Shown: positions 51,415 to 64,000 of the stretch, piece after piece | Numbering within the stretch: position 1 is the stretch's first letter | How the letters are laid out: the number at the start of each line of letters is the position of its first letter | Source: Schmidtea polychroa | Taxonomy: Eukaryota | Direction of reading: 5' to 3' | Length of the DNA: 64,000 bases | Assembly: GCA_044892525.1 (NCBI GenBank) | Contig: CM097885.1 | Location: 30,134,001 to 30,198,000, forward strand | The notes under the pieces: generated by a model | Told to the model about the DNA's origin: nothing | Database searches by the model: none | The model's input: the letters and a program-made list of their open reading frames with translations, nothing else | Position numbers and translations under genes: made by a program

Positions 51415-52359
51415 CACCCGTTTGCGAAAGTTAACATTGTCTATAATATACGTTGGTGTGCACACCAGCTGAGGTGTGTCACCAATTATATGACAACGTT
51501 AACTTAATTTCATTTATTCTATTTTTTAAAAATCGTTTTAAGGTAAGTTTTTGATTTAAAGTAATTTTTAGGACTTGAATTTTGATTTTATATAATTATG
51601 AGATCATTATTCAAGTTCTTAAATATTACTGTTAGTCATCATTTATAATATAACATATTGATAATTAAATTTCAGGTGTTTTTAGGAATTTTATGATATT
51701 TTATTTGGATTTATTTCGAAAAATGTAAGTTAGATATTTTTATAATTATAAATAAATAAAGTATTCACAAAACATTTATTTTTTTAAGACATTTAGTAAA
51801 GAATGGATAAAATATTTTTTAAGTTTTTGTAATCTTCTTTTGTCTTTTTCTGTAATTCTATGAAAATATTAATTTGTTAAAATAATTTATTAAAATTTAC
51901 GATTTGCGATTTTTTTCCTGCAAATTCAAAAATGTCGAAGAACCTTCTTCAATATCTGTAAATCTAAAGAAATTTTATATTCTAAATTATTTTATAATTA
52001 AATCTTACGATGTATTTTCTTCTTTTTCTCTAAAGCTCAAGGTAGAGCAGTCGGAATCTGATTTAAAATTTTTTTGTGCATAACTTTTTAAATAATTTGA
52101 AAATATTAATATGTTAATTATATGTTAATCAATGTTAATTTCGCAAAAAAACACTTTACTTAATTTTGTATGTATTTTTCATTATGTGTGCTGTGTTTGT
52201 ATGCTTAATTATTTTCTCTCACTTTTTAGATTCCTATAATAAATATGTTAAATTTCGCAGCATTAAATTTCTACACACAGGTAAGTTTGTGTGTTCCTAT
52301 AATATATATTTATTGATTTTTTTTAGATTATAGATAATTTTATATTTTGCAAACGGGTG
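51415..52359 (-). mobile_element. CACC-ended Tc1/IS630-like transposon (copy A4) nested in the B-type copy
   Basis: TIRs CACCCGTTTGCGAAA / TTTTGCAAACGGGTG; the empty site CATATTAAAAAAC at 36121 confirms a TA duplication. Confidence 0.92.
51560..51630 (+). ncRNA. Candidate bantam-family pre-miRNA hairpin 6 (3p product 51599-51620)
   Basis: Identical to hairpin 1; intron GTAAGT(51543)...TTTCAG(51675). Confidence 0.7.
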
Positions 52360-52801
52360 TATTAAAAAACACATACAAACTTTTGATTAGTAGAAATGAA
52401 ACTATGAGATACGTTTCTATAATAATTCTATTTTAGACAATTTTTAGAAAAAAAAGATCGTTGAAAATTTTTAAAATTATATTTTTAATGAAAATATCAA
52501 GAGCAGATGAATTTGGTTCAATATCCTTTTACTCCAGATTTGATTTCCTTAAAGAATCCCCTCATATTGAGCTCAGAAAAAAAATTACAAAAATTAAAAA
52601 AAATAGTTTAATCAGAGATTTTTCCCAAAATGTTTTAAAAAAATACACATTTTTGGTGATTTATTTATTTATTAATTAATTATAATTAAAAATATATCGG
52701 ACTCACGTTTTTTCGAAGTAATTCCAAGATAAATATCATAGAATTCCTTAAAAACCCTGAAAATTAATTAAAATTAATTTATAATTATATTGTTGATTAA
52801 A

Positions 52802-52870
52802 AGTAATATTTAAGAACTTGAATAATGATCTCATATCCATATGGATCAAAATTCAAGTCTTAAAATTTAC
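52802..52870 (-). ncRNA. Candidate bantam-family pre-miRNA hairpin 7 (3p product 52833-52812)
   Basis: Identical 22-mer in the divergent B-type element; donor (CTTACC ~52885) and acceptor (CTGAAAA ~52757) retained. Confidence 0.68.
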
Positions 52871-53080
52871 TTTAAATTTAATATCTTACCAGAAAACTAT
52901 TTCTAAAATGGCTGAAATAAATTTCATGATGAGCAATTCATACGTAAAAAAAATTACTGACAACTTTGCTTTATTTATCATCAACATCAGATGAAAATTC
53001 ATCAGTAAATTGGTGAGTGAGCAATCGCTCTACACGCAAACCACCACTATAGAGAATGTATCTCAGTGGTGTTTGGTGTA

Positions 53081-53490
53081 CACCTAAATCCAGAATATAA
53101 AAGTTTCTATAATCTAAAACAAAAATCGATAAAATTATATTATAGGAACACACAAACTTACCTGTGTGCAAAAGTTTAATGTTCCGAATGTTAAAATTTT
53201 ATTATAGGAATTGAGAAAGTGACAGAAAAATAATTTTACATACAAACACAACACACATAATATAAAATACACGCTTATTTAATGTAGATTTTTTTATTCC
53301 GAAAGTAGAAAGTAATTAACATACTGTTAACATATCATTAATTTAAAATTATTAAAATTCATGGCTGAAAAAAAATTGGATTTTGAATCTGACAACTCAA
53401 CTTTGAGTTTTCGAGAAAAGGATGACAAAACATCGTAAGATCTATTTATAAAATATTTTTGAAGTTAATATTTCTTTAGATTTTCAGATA
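53081..53490 (+). mobile_element. Truncated CACC-family copy (transposase 5' end)
   Basis: TA-CACCTAAATCCAG; exon MAEKKLDFESDNSTLSFREKDDKT from ATG 53361, then an intron GTAAGA...TTTAG. Confidence 0.8.
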
Positions 53491-55299
53491 TTATCTTTAT
53501 TCCATTTTTGTTGGCTTTTTTTTATTTCAGCTACCTGTTTTTTTGTGGTGTTTCTCTGGCTGAAGGATACAAAGTAAATCTAATAGTTAATGGATTCAAA
53601 ACCATACATTGATAGAATATAACCTTTACTTTTTAATGCTGCAAATACTCAAACCTTATTTCTAACCTTCTCTCTTTCGTTTCGTTTTCAACTATCGGCT
53701 TTTACTTTTTATTATGATTTTTTGCTCGCTCACTTTTTTCATCCCATTTTAATCTATTTGGTTATTCCATACCATATTTTTCTCTCTTTTTTATTTTGTT
53801 ATAGATATTTTTACATTTTTTCATTCTAATTTTCGCTTAATTCTGTTCTTTTTTCTCCACTTTCTCTAGACCAATGATAGCTTTTTCTTCATATCTTTTT
53901 TGTTTCATGTGAGATTAAACCAAAATAAAGAAATAAACATGGTAATAATTTTACTATTGAATATACATTATTATGTTTGATTGAATAAATTTATAATCAA
54001 TTTTCATTGAACTGACTTAAATGAAAAATAAATATTAAAAACATTATATACAGTTAAAAAAAATAACATAAATTAAATTAAATTTTGTTTTAATGAAATC
54101 AATACGAATTATCTAAAATTTATTTAAAATGTTAAAAAAATTGAGGGAAACACCTCAATATTGTAAAGTCCTAAGATAATTATAATCTCGAAGATTAGAT
54201 TGACAATTAAGGAGTTGAAAGCTCCAAAAAAAATTGAAAATCAATTTAAGATTCAAGAAAAAATTCAAGTAAAAAATCTTTTGAATTTAAATATTTCAAC
54301 TTAAGTTACAAATCACTAAAATTTAATTTCAACGAATAAAACAATTTTATATATTGAAATGTGATACAAAAATACAAAAATACACTAGTAAAGTTTATTA
54401 AAAATATTAAGGAATAACAAAATCTAGAAATTAATATATTTGGAGGAGGGAGCAGAAACTGGTTGTAAATGTTGAAAAAGACATTGCTAAAACAGGGGAT
54501 CTATACCTATGTTGGGTTATTGGGTTGGTTGAAGTATTTAAAAGTTACCAATCAAATTTCTGACTCCAAAGCGTGTTTTATCTGATTCACAAAATAACAA
54601 TTCTTAGACAAGAAAAAACTTTATTGATTATCACAATTGATAACACGAATTATAACAACACGATCAATTCAACACTCAAATAGATAATCATCCAGAGTTT
54701 ATTACAACATTACACCAGGAAAAGGTCTTAAAATAGCTCTCGTAATTCCCAAATACTTAACAATCACCAGCCACTAATCTGACTTAATAATTTGGTAAAT
54801 TGAATTGAATTCTCCTTTGCTTTGACTTGAATTTATTCAGTATATTTAAACCTTTCTTATTAAACTCAATTTTATCGCACCATTTAGTTACAATATTTTT
54901 TCTTCTTTCCAATTTCTAACTTCTTACTTCTAATTTCTCTAATTTCCAATTTTTTTAATTTTCCTCTACTGTTTAATTCCGAAATATTTTCTCGACTATC
55001 TTTTTAATTTTTTCCTCGATCACTAACTTTTGATTCCATTAACAAGACTTTTGCTTTTTAGCACTTGTCCGACACTTGTGAGAATTAATTTTTTTCATTC
55101 CTGTCACTTCATAATCTATAGAATTCCTGTGTTATCACTGACGGTTCCAAAATATGACATATTTCGCACTTTTTTGTTGTTCTGTCTTTTCCTGCACTCC
55201 TGATATCTATGACAGGCTGTCAAGACATAAATATTTCTCTTGTCTTATTTTTTTATAGTGTTGGGTTAGAACTGATTTCTAGAACCCAAATTTAGGAAT

Positions 55300-56008
55300 G
55301 GGACGAAATGTGTCAGTACACAACACGCATACCCAGCATTAAGTTTACTTAAATAAAAATATATAAAACACCAAGTAAACAATGATAATAGAGAGATAAT
55401 ATACCCAAAAATAAAACATCTGAATTAAAAATAAAATAAAACACGAGCAAGAAGTATTACACGAAAACTTACTCAAATAGAACCAAAAGACATAAAACAA
55501 CAAAAAACAAATTCGAATAAAGGCGATTAGTAAAAATTAAAAAAAGAAAATTAAAGAAAATCTTCATAAAATCTTACGTAAAGAAAATTATATATCGATA
55601 TTTTGAATAAAAATCCATAACAATTCATAAAAATGGCGAAATCCATCATGACCGCCAAACGACCCAATAAAATTTATAAAAAATAAATATTTTAGTTTAA
55701 AAAATAAAGATTTTAGAAAAGAAATCATGAAAAACAATTTAAAAATAAGAAATAGATTAAATTTAGCATGGAATATTCTAGAAATGCTGAAATCCATCAT
55801 GGAGGCAAATTTAATAAAAAATAATTCAAAAACAAAATTCCAAAAATAAAAACAAAAATTCTTACTGAAAAATCGCCATCAAAATCGATAAAAATTAAAA
55901 ATCGAATGTTCGAGAATTAAAATAATCCGAATTTGTTTTACTGCATAAATGCACGCATGTATACTTACACGTCAAACAGAGGCTATATAAACTAACACAT
56001 TTCGTCCC
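55300..56008. mobile_element. Non-autonomous TIR element, superfamily unclear
   Basis: GGGACGAAATGTGTCAG / CTAACACATTTCGTCCC (17 bp, one mismatch); no clean TSD. Confidence 0.55.
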
Positions 56009-56799
56009 TTTTCAAGGAAAAAAATGCAAATGAATATTTTTACTCTTATGCCAAATTTTTGGTTTTGATTTTTCTGAGATTGTAGGTAAGGACAATTTCA
56101 TTGTGAATTATAAATTATTATTATTGAAACCTTGTTTTCATTATTTCTTTTTAACTATAGAAATGTAGGTTTGAGTGAGATCGTCGGTTATCATTGATTT
56201 TGAAGCGAGATCCCAGCCAACCCTGCACCTATGCACTTTATCATCGATGAGTAAAAAGCGCACAATGATTGCAGGCCACTGCCTGGCACGCACTTATCAA
56301 TATTATTGGTTTCTTTTTGTTCGATCATCGGAGGTCGTCCACTTCATGGTTCTGCCATGGAGTTGAGTCGATAAAATCCCTCCGTTATTATAGGTCGACA
56401 GTAGAATGTCGACTCCATACAACATTAAGGCTTGCCGTAGCGGACACAGTGTGGCCGTGTAAACAAGCACTCTTCCCGACTTTCAATACATGAATAACTT
56501 ACATAGTTAAAATCTACATCCAAAATCATCACAATACAATACACTAAGGTTAATAAACGGAGTAAATCTCAGACCTAAATTAATCACAACTCTACAATTC
56601 ACAATTAATGTAGACGGTTAAATATCATCAAGAACCAACTCTACCTATACGTTTGTCGAATCTAGATTTATAAAAGTTTTAAATCAATTTTCTAGTAATA
56701 GTGTAAAGTAAAGATTTTTTAAAATGATTGATTTAGTAGTGATAGTATTCATAAAGGTGTTCGACATGCGTATCAGCAAGACTTGCATTTTAAATTGAA

Positions 56800-58200
56800 T
56801 AGACTCTAAACTAACTATAAAAATACAAATCGTAAACCCATAAAAGTATAAATTATCCTCTCAATTTCATAAAAATATGAATTATACTTATAGATTTAAT
56901 TTCTTCAAAATATAAATTATGATTAGTTATAAAGGTATAAATTATAAATTTAACTTCTTAAAATTATAAATTACAAATTTATATTGACGATAAAAATTAT
57001 AAATTATAACTCTAAGTTAATTATAAAAGTACAAATTATAATCTTAACTTCATAAAAGTATAAATTATAAAATTATATTAGCTTTAGAAATATAAACTAT
57101 AAATTGAACTTCACCAAATATAAATTATAAACGTAAAAATATAAATTATAAAATTATATTAGCTTTAAAATATAAACTATAAATTTAACTTAACTTCATA
57201 AAATATAAATTATAAACTCAAAAGTATAAATTATAAAATTATAATAGCTTTAAAAACATAAACTATAAATTTAATTTCATAAAAATATAAATTATAAACT
57301 TATATTAGCTGACAGACTATAAATTATAATCTTAATTTGGTCACAAAAGTATAAAATATAAACTACGTTAGCGACAAAAATATAATCTATAATAAGTTGT
57401 AAATATTTTATAAATACCCCCCCCCCCCCACCCAAGTTACGTAATCGTCGAAACAAATTCATAATCTAACTTATATATGTATATTTGAAACTTATAAAAG
57501 TATAACTTACCTTGTTTCATAAGTACCCCCCTCAAACTATACATTAGTCGAAACCAATACATATATATAGATATAGTAATAAATTAACTTATATATGTAC
57601 AGACATCAAATTTTAAAAATATAATTCATAGATTTTCATAAATAATCCCTCAGAGTACATAACTATTAATTATTATCTAAATGCATTAATTTAGACTATT
57701 TTATATATATACTTAACTTAGATTACCTTTAAAATCATAGTTGAAAATTTTTCATCAAAGACCACCTAATAAACCATATCGTCATCAACTACTACCTAAA
57801 TATACATTTAACTTATATAATATTTAAAAATATAAATTGTAAATTTTCATGAATGACTCCCCTCAAAATTATACATTTAACTTATATTATATTTAAAAAT
57901 ATAAATTGTAAATTTTTATGAATGACCCCCTTCAAAATTATACAGTCTTTATCCATTACCTAAGTATACTAAATTAGCTTATCTTAATATATATTTAACT
58001 TATATTATATTTAAAACTATAAATTGTACATTTTCATAAATGACCCCCCTCAGATCATATAGTCATTAATGATTACCCAAAAGTACTAATTTAATTTGTT
58101 TTCAGATATATTCAACTTATATTACCTTTAAAAATATAACTTGTGTTTTTTATTTAACCGATCCCTCTCAAATCATGTAGCCATTGACTATTACGTAGGT
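56800..58200. repeat. Degenerate tandem repeats (TATAAATTATAA units, then ~60/120-bp units with ATGACCCCC)
   Basis: Directly visible; one more unit resumes after the hAT at ~59700-59800. Confidence 0.8.
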
Positions 58201-58227
58201 ATACTAAATTATATCACATTCATAGAC

Positions 58228-59695
58228 CAGCGGTTCCCAACCTTTTTTGGGTTTCGTACCACTAAAAATAAAAATAATTTTTGAGTACCACGTAAAAAAT
58301 TTGGGGGGCTTATTTTAAATCTAGCATTTTATATATAAAAAATTTCTTTTGTGGTTAAGAAAAAAAATCAAACAAAAAAACTAAAAATTTTTTGCTCATA
58401 ATAAGCTTCCAATCATGGCTTGAGCACCATCTGTGCAAATCCCTACACATTTATTCCAGTCTATTTCATTTTCAGCAAAGTAACCAGTAAGTATGTTAAA
58501 AATTTCATTAGACGTTGTTCTCATTTTCAAAGGTTTACAAAAAAGCATTTCTTCGTGTATTTCGTTCATAAAATCAAATCGAACATAGACAAGTAATTGA
58601 GCCAAATTTGAAACGTCGGTACTTTCGTCAAGCTGCAAAGAAAAAAACCAACAGTCTTTTAATCTGCAGATTAAAATATTTTCTATCTGATTTGCCATAT
58701 CGTCTATTCGTGACTTTACCGTGTTGTTCGACAATGAGATTTTTTCGATTTCCTTCGCTGAATTTTCGCCAAATACTGATCTTACGATATCTTTAGCAAC
58801 AGGCAGCAATAAAGTTTCACCAATTGTATGTGCCTTTCCACATCTTGCTATATGTAAGCTCGCTAAATATGAAGCCCGAACATAATTTGTGTTTAAATTG
58901 CTGAAAGATGTCATAAAAGCTTTTTGAAGGCCCAGTTCCGCAACCCTCCTTTGAAAATATTCCGAAGGCCTATCTTTTAGTTCCGGATGCGTAGTTGAGA
59001 AATGCCTTTTTAAAAGTGATGGTTTCATGAATCCATTTGATAAAGTTTCGAAACAGATAACACACTGCGGAATCGGAAAAGACTCTGAGCCAGATTTAAT
59101 TGAAAATCCATAGCTTAAGTATTCTGGATTATAAAGCCTGGCTACTTTCTCTTTCTTTTTATGCTTTTTTTTCTGCACACAATTTGTCTTTTCAAAGATT
59201 TCCTCTTCTTCGCTATATGAACCTAAATTTTCATTGTTATCGGCAAAATTTTTCATTATCAATGGGTAAAAAAATTTGGTAAGACCTTAACTTCGGGGGC
59301 TGGTTCGAATCCGGATAGAAATATTTTTTTCTTTTTGAAAAATCTAAAAAATAATAATTTACTTATGGACTATTTCTTAATAAGATGGATACAAATTTAT
59401 CACACCCCAGCTGGCTTTGTAAATTAAAATAAAAACTAAACCTAATCGTATATTTCTGGATTTGTTCGAACGTGTTAGTACTAAAAATATTTTTCTTTTA
59501 ACTACGCATATTTTTCTGAATATGTTGGGTATGTATCGTTCTATCAGAAGAATATACGAATTTATAGCTTGATTAATTTTTTTGTTATCTTAGCATAAAA
59601 TATAAGTTTTTTAAAAGTACAAAACTCTTGGCGTACCACCAAAATTATCAATTCGTACCACTAGTGGTACGCGTACCACAGGTTGGGAACCTATG
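58228..59695 (-). mobile_element. Internally deleted Buster-type hAT element
   Basis: TIRs CAGCGGTTCCCAACC / GGTTGGGAACCTATG; 8-bp TSD TCATAGAC. Confidence 0.93.
58396..59262 (-). pseudogene. N-terminal half of a ZBED5/SCAND3-like transposase
   Basis: PQCVIC...MKPSLLKRH, AHTIGE, LSNNTV, SLQLDESTD, CTDGA, then truncation. Confidence 0.9.
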
Positions 59696-59838
59696 TCATA
59701 GACAGTTAAATTACATTTCATTTAAAATTATAAATTCATAATTTTTCGTAAATGACCCCTCCCCCCATATGTGGTAATCTTATAAAAATATAAATTTACA
59801 TTTGTTGTTATTGTTATTATTATTATTATTATTATTAC

Positions 59839-59888
<50 letters not shown>

Positions 59889-60443
59889 GTATTGTTACCA
59901 GTAACATTATCACTCTTATTATTATTATTATTATTATATTATTAAAATAATTATCTTTATTTCATGAAAATAAAATTATAAAAAAAAATTATTGATTTTG
60001 GGATTCCCCTATCTCTAAATTTAGCTTCAATGGCCTTATCTTCCAATAAAATTACCGAAAACCACTAAAATCTATTTTTAGTAACACCCCCCCCCCCGGA
60101 AGACGACCTCAATATTATTAATTTAAATTATATACATATATAGGTATGTGTGCGTGTATGTGTATATATGTGTGGGTGTATATGTATATATATATATATA
60201 TGTGGATGTGTGTATGTATATATAGATTTATAAAATAACCTTATAAAAATACAATAACCTTCCCCCTCAAGACCCCCATGTTGTATAATGGCCACAAAGT
60301 AGGTAGATAGTGGCCTACGGGAACAATTACCCCCCCCCCCCCCGGGGGGGGGGGGGGTTTGTTCCCAAATTTTTATTACGCAATTGTTCCCAACTCATTT
60401 TTTTGCTTTCAGGGATTTTTGGTCCAAATTTTTTTTTATCACG

Positions 60444-60860
60444 CTATAGTGAAGGGGTCTCGATGGTCCTGGGATTTTCAATACAAAAAATTTTTTCTAT
60501 ACAAAAATCCGACTACCACTAAAAAAGCCAAGGAATTTTCAGACTATAGTGAGGGGGTCTCGATGGTCCTGGGATTTTCAATACAAAAAATTTTTTTCAA
60601 TACAAAAATCCGACTATCAATAAAAAAGTCAAGGATTATTCACACTATAGTGAGGGGGTCTCGATGGTCCTGGGATTTTCAATACAAAAAATTTTTTTCA
60701 ATACAAAAATCCGACTACCACTAAAAAAGCCAAGGATTATTCACACTATAGTGAGGGGGTCTCGATGGTCCTGGGATTTTCAATACGAAAAATTTTTTTC
60801 TATACAAAAATCCTACTATCAATAAAAAAGCCAAGGATTTATCACGCTATAGTGAGGTGA
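60444..60860. repeat. ~101-bp tandem repeat, four units plus a partial
   Basis: CTATAGTGAGGGGGTCTCGATGGTCCTGGGATTTTCAATAC... units start at 60444, 60544, 60645, 60746 and 60847. Confidence 0.95.
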
Positions 60861-60899
60861 GTCTCCTTGGTCCTGAGAAATAGGTGGTCTACACTAAAA

Positions 60900-61660
60900 A
60901 ACGTGGTAAATTTTTCAATTACAGTAAATTACGGTCCAAATTTTTCAATTAAAGTAAATAATGGTCAAAATTTTTCAATTAAAGTAAATAATGGTTCTAA
61001 AAAATTTAATTACAGTAAATAATGGTAAAAAATTTTCAATTAAAGTAAATTATGACTCAAATTTTTTAATTAAAGTAAATTATGGGTCTAAAAAAATTAA
61101 ATTAAAGTAAATAATGGTTCTTAAAAATTAAATTACAGTAAGTATTGGTCCAAATTTTTCAATTACAGTAAATTATGGTTCTAAAAAATTAAATTAAAGT
61201 AAATTAAGGTCCTAAAAATTAAATTATAGTAAATTATGGCTCAAATTTTTAAATTACAGTAAATTATGGTCCTAAAAAATTAAATTACAGTAAATTATGG
61301 TCAAACATTTTAAATTAAAAAAAACAATGGTTCAAATTTTTCAAATACAGTAAATTATGGGTCTAAAAATTAAATTACAGTAAATAATGGTTCTAAAAAT
61401 TAAATTAAAGTAAATTATGGTTCTAAAATATTAAATTACAGTAAATTATGGTCCAGATTTTTCAATTAAAGTAAATAATGGTCCAAATTTTTAAATTAAA
61501 GTAAATTTAAGTTCTTAAAAATTAAATTACAGTAAATAATGGTCCAAATTTTTAAATTAAGTAATCAATGGTAAAAAATTTTAAATAAGTAAATTAAAGT
61601 ACTAATTTTTAAATTAAGTAATCAATGGTAAAAAATTTTAAATAAGTAAATTAAAGTAAG
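60900..61660. repeat. ~27-28-bp minisatellite
   Basis: Unit approximately AATTA(C/A)AGTAAAT(T/A)ATGGT(C/T)CAAATTTTT, more than 20 copies. Confidence 0.92.
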
Positions 61661-61949
61661 ATTTTAAAATTTAATTACAAAATAATAGAAGGTGTTTGAG
61701 AATTGAAATTTTTTAATGAAAATTTTTATGAAATAATTTTTAAGTAATTTTTAATAGAAATTTTAATGAAATATTTTTCAATGGTAATTTTTAATGGAAA
61801 TTTTTATGGAATAATTTTTTAAGTAATTTTTAATGTAAATTTTTATGAAATATTTTTCAATGATAATTTTAGATGGAAATTTTTAAGATAATTTTTAATG
61901 AAAATTTTTATGACATATTTATCAAAGACAAATTTTAATAATAATTCAA

Positions 61950-63480
61950 CAACAAACCAACAACTTAGTACCAACAACCAGTAACTTACGAACATATATT
62001 AACAACCAGATACCTACAACTAGTTACTAACAACTAGTTACATGATACTAAGTAAATACAACCACCTAACAAGTACTAACAACCAAAAACAAGCAACCAA
62101 CCAGGTACCAGTTACCAACTACTAAGTACCTACAACCAACTAGTTACCTGATACCAAGTACTTACAACTAAATACTAACAACCAGTTACCTGATACCTAG
62201 TACTTAAAACTAGTTACTAACAACCAAAAACAAGCAACCAACTAGCTACCAAGTACTAACAATCAAAAACAACTAGCTAACAACTAGATACCAAGTACCT
62301 ACAACCACCTACCTATTAACTAGCTACCAAGTACTAACAACTAACAACAACCAGGTACTAGATACCAAGTACTAACAACCTACAACAACTAGGTACTAAG
62401 CATTATCAACCAAGTACCTAAAACCACCTAACAAGTACATACAACCAACATCAACCAGGTACCTACAACTAGATACTAACAAACAGTTACGAAGTACCTA
62501 CAACCACCTACCCATTAACTAACTACAACCAGCTAACAACTAACAACCAGATACCTACTACTTACAACCAACTACTAAGTACTAACAACCACCTAACAAG
62601 TACATACAACCAACATCAACCAAGTACCTAAAACCACCTAACAAGTACATACAACCAACATCAACCAGGTACCTACAACTAGATACTAACAAACAGTTAC
62701 GAAGTACCTACAACCATCTACCCATTAACCACCTAACAAGTACCTACAACCAACTACTAAGTACTAACAACCAAAAACAACCAACTAGGTACTAGATACC
62801 AAGTACTTACAACAAACATCAACCAAGTACTTACTACCAACTACCAAGTACTTACAACTAGTTACTAACAACTAGTTACCTGCTACCAAGTACTTACAAT
62901 TAGTTACTAACAACCAGTTACCTGATACCAAGTACCTACAACCAACTACTAAGCATTAATTACCTACAACTAGTTACTAACAACTAGATACCAAGTACTT
63001 ACAACCAACATCAACCAGGTACCAGTTACCAACTACTAAGTACCTACAACCAACTAGTTACCTGATACCAAGTACTTACAACCAACATCAACCAGGTACT
63101 AAGCATCATCAACTAACTACTAAGTACCTACAACCTACAACTAGATACTAAAAACCAGTTACCTGCTACCAAGTACTTACAACTAGTTACTAACAACCAA
63201 CCAACTAGGTACTAGATACCAAGTACTAACAACCAACAACAACCAGGTACTAAGCATTATCAACCAACTACTAAGTACCTACAACCAACTAACAACCACC
63301 TACCAAGTACTAACAACCAGTTACCAACTACTAAGCATTAATTACATACAACTAGTTACTAACAACTAGATACCAAGTACATATAACCAACAACTAAGCA
63401 TTATCAACCAAGTACTAACAACCAAGTAACTTACCTAGTACTAAGCACTGTCAACTAGATACCAAACACTTACAACCAGA
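61950..63480. repeat. A/C-skewed modular satellite
   Basis: Shuffled modules CAAGTAC, TA(A)CAAC, TAGTTAC, GATAC; G-poor top strand. Confidence 0.92.
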
Positions 63481-63751
63481 TGACCACATGAAATTATTGG
63501 TTAAATATGAAAATAAGGATTATATTTAGTTGTTTAGTAAATTATGGTGTAAAATTAAGAAATAAAGAATAATTAGGTAAATTAAGGATAAGTAAATTAA
63601 AGTTAAAAATTTTAAATTAAAGAAAACAATGGTTCAAAATTTAAATTAAAGCTAAAGTAAGATTTTTAAATTTATTATCAAAAGATTGAATAACCACCAA
63701 CTTTTTTGAGAAATGTAATTTATAATGAAAATTTAAATGGAAATTTAAATG

Positions 63752-63793
<42 letters not shown>

Positions 63794-64000
63794 TACTAAT
63801 AATTCAACAGTTACCAACAATCGGTTACTGATTATTTTTTAACTAGGTGCTAACAAATACTTACACCATGATACCACGTACTAACTAACTCTCAAACAAC
63901 CAGATACTTACAACTAACTACTAAATATTCTTTATTGTATTTTATGAAATGCTTTTTAAATTAATTTTTTATCTATCTTCAAAAATATATTTAATTACAA

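Larger units (their letters stand above)
50867..53078 (+). mobile_element. CACC-family transposon, B-type, containing two nested inserts
   Basis: TIRs CACCAAACACCACTGA / TCAGTGGTGTTTGGTG; TA flanks; retains decayed sequence resembling a transposase 3' end (IVENF, QRFFPKCFKK). Confidence 0.85.

Noticed and set aside
56176..56197. TGAGATCGTCGG..., another bantam-like start
   Set aside because: No complementary 5' arm and no similarity beyond the seed.
60310..60724. ORFs 60310-60522 and 60359-60724
   Set aside because: They are read-through of the C/G palindrome and the 101-bp tandem repeat, with non-ATG starts.
60444..60860. CRISPR-like array, or T7 promoter (CTATAGTGAG is the reverse complement of CTCACTATAG)
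   Set aside because: Whole units repeat with no unique spacers, there are no cas genes and the context is eukaryotic; the TAATACGA half of the T7 promoter is absent.

Overview
Very AT-rich, repeat-dense eukaryotic (animal) DNA. The (AAT)n microsatellites, short introns and TE spectrum suggest a planarian-type flatworm, but that is inference. Host-type genes are few: the first coding exon of a TRH-receptor-like rhodopsin GPCR, an intronless DAD1, and a RING-H2 gene present as two near-identical copies plus a 3' fragment. The rest is transposable elements, many with visible TIRs and TSDs (hAT elements and MITEs, pogo-type and piggyBac MITEs, mariner and Penelope relics, one young compact Ty3/gypsy), plus a satellite block at the right end. 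The main finding is a family of TA-targeting Tc1/IS630-like DNA transposons with CACC...GGTG ends: 6 elements with both termini and 2 end fragments. They carry a spliced transposase remnant on one strand. On the other strand, inside a mostly conserved GT-AG intron, they carry a ~70-nt pre-miRNA-like hairpin whose 3' arm is a bantam-like sequence (UGAGAUCAUUAUUCAAGUUCUU). Seven such hairpins are in this window: the 22-mer is identical in six, and the stem shows compensatory changes while flanks and TIRs diverge.
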